A DNA stretch of 29,778 nt from positions 1 through 29,778 of the forward strand of contig JAWXAY010000011.1 of the NCBI GenBank assembly GCA_034439715.1. Reading direction: 5' to 3'. Below are positions 25,944 to 29,778 of this stretch, piece by piece. The notes beneath the pieces are model-generated. The model was not told where the DNA came from. It searched no databases and saw only the letters and a list, made by a program, of their open reading frames with translations. The position numbers and the translations under genes were made by a program. How positions within the stretch are numbered: the stretch's first letter is position 1; every line of letters starts with the position of its first letter. Origin of the DNA: Pseudomonadota bacterium. Its GTDB lineage: Bacteria; Bdellovibrionota; Bdellovibrionia; Bdellovibrionales; SG-bin7.

Positions 25944-27959
25944 GTGGGCACATTTGGAAGTGTCTTATTTTATATTTCATTTGCCCTATTTGGGTTTGCG
26001 CAAGTTTTAACTCCGTCGCGGCTCGGTGATTTTCAAGTAATTAATTTTAACGAAGGCGCCTCCATAAAATTAAGTCGTGCGGCGCCCCCTATTGCCGCCA
26101 TGGAAGACTCATTAAATGAAGAGAGTCCCGAAGCAATTGTTGAAAGACCGGCGCGAGTCGTAAGAGAGCTTATGGCATCAGCCCCAATCCTAGATAGTAA
26201 AATAGGGGAAGTCCGCTTTGCGTCTCAAGTTTTGAGCCTTGAAACCACCACAATAAAAAAATCATTAGATAAATTAGAAGAGGCGCCACTAAAAGCTGCA
26301 AAGACATTTATTACTACGGAACCTATTAAAATAAAAAGTGCACCGGCAGGCACGAGCTCTTACTATGGATCAAGAGCGGAACCTAAAGAGACTACACCCA
26401 CGCCAACGGTGCCGCAGCAAAAAAACCAGCACCTAGAAAAAAAACCCGACAACTCAAATTATCATTCATTCACGGAGCCCACGCCGCAAATAATCTCCAT
26501 TCAAGTATATGGTGAGGTTGAGTTAGCTGGTGGATTAGCGTTTTTAGGCAGCGAGCAAGAGCTTACGATTTTCCGAGTAAAAGAGGATAAATATTTAGAG
26601 CAGGGTGAGGTAAGAACTAGAGAAGGTCGGTTTTCAATCAATGTGGAAGGCTTGAGTGGTAAATTAGTTGCCGAGCTAAAAGATGCCGAAGGAAATCCCT
26701 ACGGGAGGGGTGAGTTCTACTTAGAGAAGGCCATTGGATCTCAAGATAAGTCTGGAGCCGTTCGAGGAATAAAAATTAAACTTTACAATTCAGACCAGGG
26801 GGTTTCCGGGACAGCACTTTCTGCGTATTCATTTGAAGACAAGGAAATTCCCGTCGCAGGTGCCAAGGTTGCTATGTATGAAATGAATCTTGAGACGGCG
26901 ACCGATGAGAATGGGCACTTTCATTTTGCCGAAACGGACAGAGACTCGATGGTATTGGTTTCAACTACCGCAAAAAAATATTGGCCAAGTCTTAGCATTT
27001 TAAATGGCGGGCAAAAAAACGAAGTTAAAATGTTTCCTGTTGATATGGTTAACGCCTTATTGGCTATCGTGGGCAATAAAATGCAGGTCCAAGACTGGAA
27101 GAAAGCCGGAATTATCTGGGGACAAGTAAAGTCTCTAGGTAAGCCCGTCGCAGGGGCAAAGGTTGAGTTGGCAGGAGCGAGTAATTTAAAGCCAATCTAT
27201 TTTAACGGTGGCTATTTTCCGGATCTCAAAAAAGAAGTAACAGGAGAAGATGGATATTTTGTTTATCTGGGAGTTAGCCCCGGAATCTACCAGGTGCGGG
27301 CAATGTTGGCGGATCGTATTATTGACGGGGGCGTGATACAGGCCCTTCCTGAATACCTAAGTTTCGTTGAGTTAAAAATGGCTGAGGTTATTAATCCTAC
27401 AGAGTTTAGACTTCACGATTTATTCGACCCCGAGTCGGACCTTGCCGGCCAGGTAAGGATACTGGGAACAGAGCAGAGCCTTAATCCCAAAAAAGATACG
27501 ATCGACTTTGACTACGCCCGCGAAATGATTTTTGTCGAGGCTCTCGCCACGCAACCGTACTCGGCGGCAAGGATGTCGACGAAACCTCAAAGCAAAATAG
27601 ATATACCTTTGGTAAGCGAAAGCTGGCTTGCAGGGATCGTTGCCGAATCAAGGCGTCTGCGTGACTCGGAGCTTGGTACGGTCCTTATAGCCTTCTCTGA
27701 ACCCATTGATCAAATTTATATTAACGGCGAGTTGACCCAGGAGCTCTCTAAAAACATCGTCTATTTTGACCATGAGGGAAAGCTAAGCGAAAGTCCAAAA
27801 AACTTGAGAGCTGGCGGTGCGCTGCTGATAAATCTTCCTCTTGGTTTGCAGAATATATCTGTAAGAGCTGCTGGACAAAATCAACTGAGGGCGCGGCTTA
27901 TTATTTCTGACCCGGGCATTATCAATGTCTTTTCAGCTGTTCCGACGCAACTCGATTGA
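25944..27959 (+). CDS. Large exported/membrane-anchored protein with carboxypeptidase-regulatory-like beta-sandwich domains
   Basis: N-terminal hydrophobic segment; Pro/Thr/Lys-rich linker; two repeats of the pattern PVAGAKV...T(D/G)E(N/D)G(H/Y)F. Likely start GTG 25944 after AGGGAG (track start TTG 25920). Confidence 0.7.
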   Translation: MGTFGSVLFYISFALFGFAQVLTPSRLGDFQVINFNEGASIKLSRAAPPIAAMEDSLNEESPEAIVERPARVVRELMASAPILDSKIGEVRFASQVLSLETTTIKKSLDKLEEAPLKAAKTFITTEPIKIKSAPAGTSSYYGSRAEPKETTPTPTVPQQKNQHLEKKPDNSNYHSFTEPTPQIISIQVYGEVELAGGLAFLGSEQELTIFRVKEDKYLEQGEVRTREGRFSINVEGLSGKLVAELKDAEGNPYGRGEFYLEKAIGSQDKSGAVRGIKIKLYNSDQGVSGTALSAYSFEDKEIPVAGAKVAMYEMNLETATDENGHFHFAETDRDSMVLVSTTAKKYWPSLSILNGGQKNEVKMFPVDMVNALLAIVGNKMQVQDWKKAGIIWGQVKSLGKPVAGAKVELAGASNLKPIYFNGGYFPDLKKEVTGEDGYFVYLGVSPGIYQVRAMLADRIIDGGVIQALPEYLSFVELKMAEVINPTEFRLHDLFDPESDLAGQVRILGTEQSLNPKKDTIDFDYAREMIFVEALATQPYSAARMSTKPQSKIDIPLVSESWLAGIVAESRRLRDSELGTVLIAFSEPIDQIYINGELTQELSKNIVYFDHEGKLSESPKNLRAGGALLINLPLGLQNISVRAAGQNQLRARLIISDPGIINVFSAVPTQLD

Positions 27960-29401
27960 TGGACAATCCATTTAAGTCGGCAACGTTTACAGCAATCGTT
28001 AGCGACCTCCACCTTTGTGAAGAAGAGCCGGTCAACTTAAAGTTTCCTCTTTGGAAAAAATATAAGACCAAAGAATTTTTTTTTGATGACGTGTTTGAAC
28101 AATTTTTAAACCATTTGCCGAACCTTTCGGGCGGCCTCCCTATCGAGCTTGTGCTTAACGGTGATATTTTTGATTTTGATAGTGTGTTGGCACAACCTCC
28201 GCGACCCCATTACCGCGTTTCTGGAATTGAACGAAAAAGAGGCCTTCACCCTCAAGAACAAAAATCAGTTTTTAAGATCAAAATAATTTTGCGTGCCCAT
28301 AAACAGTGGATAGAGGCGCTTGGCGAATTTGTTCGTGCAGGAAATCGAATTGTTTTTGTTTACGGCAATCACGACCTAGAGCTTCACTTTAAAGAGGCCC
28401 AACGAGAAGTTTTGTCGCATTTAAAGCTTAACGAAGAGGAACTCAAAAGAGTTACGTTTACCGAATGGTTTTACATCAGCAACGAAGACACATTGATTGA
28501 ACATGGGAATCAATATGATCCTTACTGTCGCTGCGAGGATCCTGTAAACCCCTTTATTGAAAGAGCTGGCTATCTTGAGGTTCGGTTGCCTTTCGGAAGT
28601 TGGGCCACTCGCTATATCGTCAATGGCGTGGGCTTTTTTAATCCGCATGTGGACAGTAATTATATAATGAGTTTTTGGCAGTACTTTAAGTTTTTCATAA
28701 AATACATGGCAAGAAGTCAGCCCACGCTAGTTGTCACATGGGTGTTTGGCGCCTTTGCTACTTTGAAGCAAACCATATCAGATCAACTGCATCCCGCCAT
28801 TAGGGATCCCCTTAGCGTAGAGCTAAGAATTGAAGATATTGCGAAACGAGCTAATGCCACGCCAAGCATGGTGAGGCAACTAACGGAGTTGTTTCTTCCT
28901 TCGGCGGGAAGAAATCCCTGGCTCATAGCGCGGGAACTTTGGCTCGATCGCGCCGCGATTCTAATTGGTGCCTTCTATGTGCTGCTCAATATCTATATCT
29001 ATGTCAACGCGATCACGCCACTTTCAATTTGGTGGTTTTTGGGTCCTTCGGCATTAGTTTTTCCGCCATTTTTATTTTATTCGAGTTTTGTGCATTCGGA
29101 GGTACTTCGATTTAAGGAGCCCCAAGAAAGGATACTTTCGCTTGCGGCGCTCATTACGAAGGTTCAAAGAATAGTTTATGGACACACGCACGTCTCTCGC
29201 CATGAAATTATTGGCGCCGTGGAGCATTTAAATTCTGGGACTTGGTCGCCCGCTTTCACCGATGTTGAGTGCAAAAACCCAATAGATCAAAAAACATTTG
29301 TATGGATTTTTCCATCTCTAGAGGGGCGAAGACTCGCAAAGCTTCTAAAATTTAAAGACGGCGTGGCCGAGGACCGCTTCCATTCAAAGCACAATAACTA
29401 G
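27956..29401 (+). CDS. Calcineurin-like metallophosphoesterase with transmembrane helices
   Basis: SDLH, NGDIFD, GNHD, EHG and GHTH motifs all present; two strongly hydrophobic segments just before GHTH. Start TTG 27956 or ATG 27959. Confidence 0.85.
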   Translation: MMDNPFKSATFTAIVSDLHLCEEEPVNLKFPLWKKYKTKEFFFDDVFEQFLNHLPNLSGGLPIELVLNGDIFDFDSVLAQPPRPHYRVSGIERKRGLHPQEQKSVFKIKIILRAHKQWIEALGEFVRAGNRIVFVYGNHDLELHFKEAQREVLSHLKLNEEELKRVTFTEWFYISNEDTLIEHGNQYDPYCRCEDPVNPFIERAGYLEVRLPFGSWATRYIVNGVGFFNPHVDSNYIMSFWQYFKFFIKYMARSQPTLVVTWVFGAFATLKQTISDQLHPAIRDPLSVELRIEDIAKRANATPSMVRQLTELFLPSAGRNPWLIARELWLDRAAILIGAFYVLLNIYIYVNAITPLSIWWFLGPSALVFPPFLFYSSFVHSEVLRFKEPQERILSLAALITKVQRIVYGHTHVSRHEIIGAVEHLNSGTWSPAFTDVECKNPIDQKTFVWIFPSLEGRRLAKLLKFKDGVAEDRFHSKHNN

Positions 29402-29424
29402 GCGCATAACGACATTATTTCGTT

Positions 29425-29453
29425 TTGTAAATTAAGATCGCATAAAATAGACT
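29425..29453 (+). promoter_or_regulatory. Candidate sigma70-type promoter for the histone gene
   Basis: TTGTAA (29425-29430), 17 nt, TAGACT (29448-29453), followed by a strong SD AGGGAGG at 29475-29481. Confidence 0.55.
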
Positions 29454-29485
29454 TAAAAAGTGTTTTACGCAATTAGGGAGGACCT

Positions 29486-29710
29486 ATGAACATGGAAGGT
29501 ACTGAAGCCGCCGAAGGCGGAGACGTTCTTGTGGTTGCCAGCAAGGTAAAGAAGTTCATTAAAGAAAAAGGTGGATGTAATACTTCATCGGAAACTTTAG
29601 ACATTCTGAGCAGCGCCGTACGAGCACTTTGCCAAAGGGGCATAGATGGTGCGAAGGCAGATGGCCGCAAGACTGTGATGGCCCGCGATATCGTTATTGA
29701 CCATCTTTAA
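29486..29710 (+). CDS. Bacterial histone-fold protein, Bd0055 (HBb)-like
   Basis: VLVVASKVKKFIKEKG.NTSSET.D.LS.....LC..G...AKADGRKTVMARDIVIDHL closely matches my recollection of B. bacteriovorus Bd0055. Histone-fold L2/alpha3 RKTxxxxD motif; own promoter and SD. Confidence 0.92.
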   Translation: MNMEGTEAAEGGDVLVVASKVKKFIKEKGGCNTSSETLDILSSAVRALCQRGIDGAKADGRKTVMARDIVIDHL

Positions 29711-29778
29711 TTAACTTTAGAAGCCCCGGCCAATCGAGCACTGGAATATTGAGTTCATTGGCCCGGTCAAGTTTAGAC
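29694..29778 (-). CDS. ligA: NAD-dependent DNA ligase LigA, extreme C-terminus of the BRCT domain (gene enters from the right edge)
   Basis: Minus strand reads SKLDRANELNIPVLDWPGLLKLIKDGQ* (TAA at 29696-29694), matching the LigA BRCT end SKLxKAxxLxIxVL. Only 27 codons are visible. Confidence 0.7.
   Translation of the reverse strand, partial: SKLDRANELNIPVLDWPGLLKLIKDGQ

Noticed and set aside
1..29778. CRISPR arrays, tRNA/rRNA genes, IS elements, prophage or defence systems
   Set aside because: Intergenic gaps are all under about 200 nt, and I saw no repeat-spacer periodicity, cloverleaf motifs, or transposase, integrase or nuclease signatures by eye.

Overview
A compact, gene-dense bacterial core-chromosome segment, almost certainly from a Bdellovibrionota (Bdellovibrio-like) genome. 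The main evidence is a small gene near the right end that closely resembles the Bdellovibrio bacterial histone Bd0055. Left part (mostly minus strand): the 5' end of pdxA, three tandem SurA/parvulin-type PPIases (one split by a single-base frameshift in an A6/T6 run), a DUF374 acyltransferase, etfAB, a divergent SDR plus an unknown membrane protein, a complete xdhABC xanthine dehydrogenase operon, an alpha/beta hydrolase and an FHA protein. Middle: rpsF-DUF2232-rplI with no rpsR, converging on a small unknown gene, dnaB, a Fis-like gene and queE. Right (plus strand): a roughly 11 kb tightly coupled run of ftsK, a TPR-like protein, an LptM/LppL-like lipoprotein, dapF-dapA-dapB, a degenerate FolK-like gene, transaldolase, a lipoprotein, a large exported protein and a membrane metallophosphoesterase. 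This is followed by the histone gene and the 3' end of a convergent ligA. I see no mobile elements, CRISPR arrays, rRNA or tRNA genes. The most notable items are the histone with an acidic N-terminal extension, an FtsK with a non-canonical Walker B motif (EE instead of DE) and AMQSP in place of ATQRP, an apparent FolK pseudoenzyme, the PPIase frameshift, and a palindrome flanked by direct repeats over the xdh promoter. All assignments come from motif recognition by eye; no searches were run.
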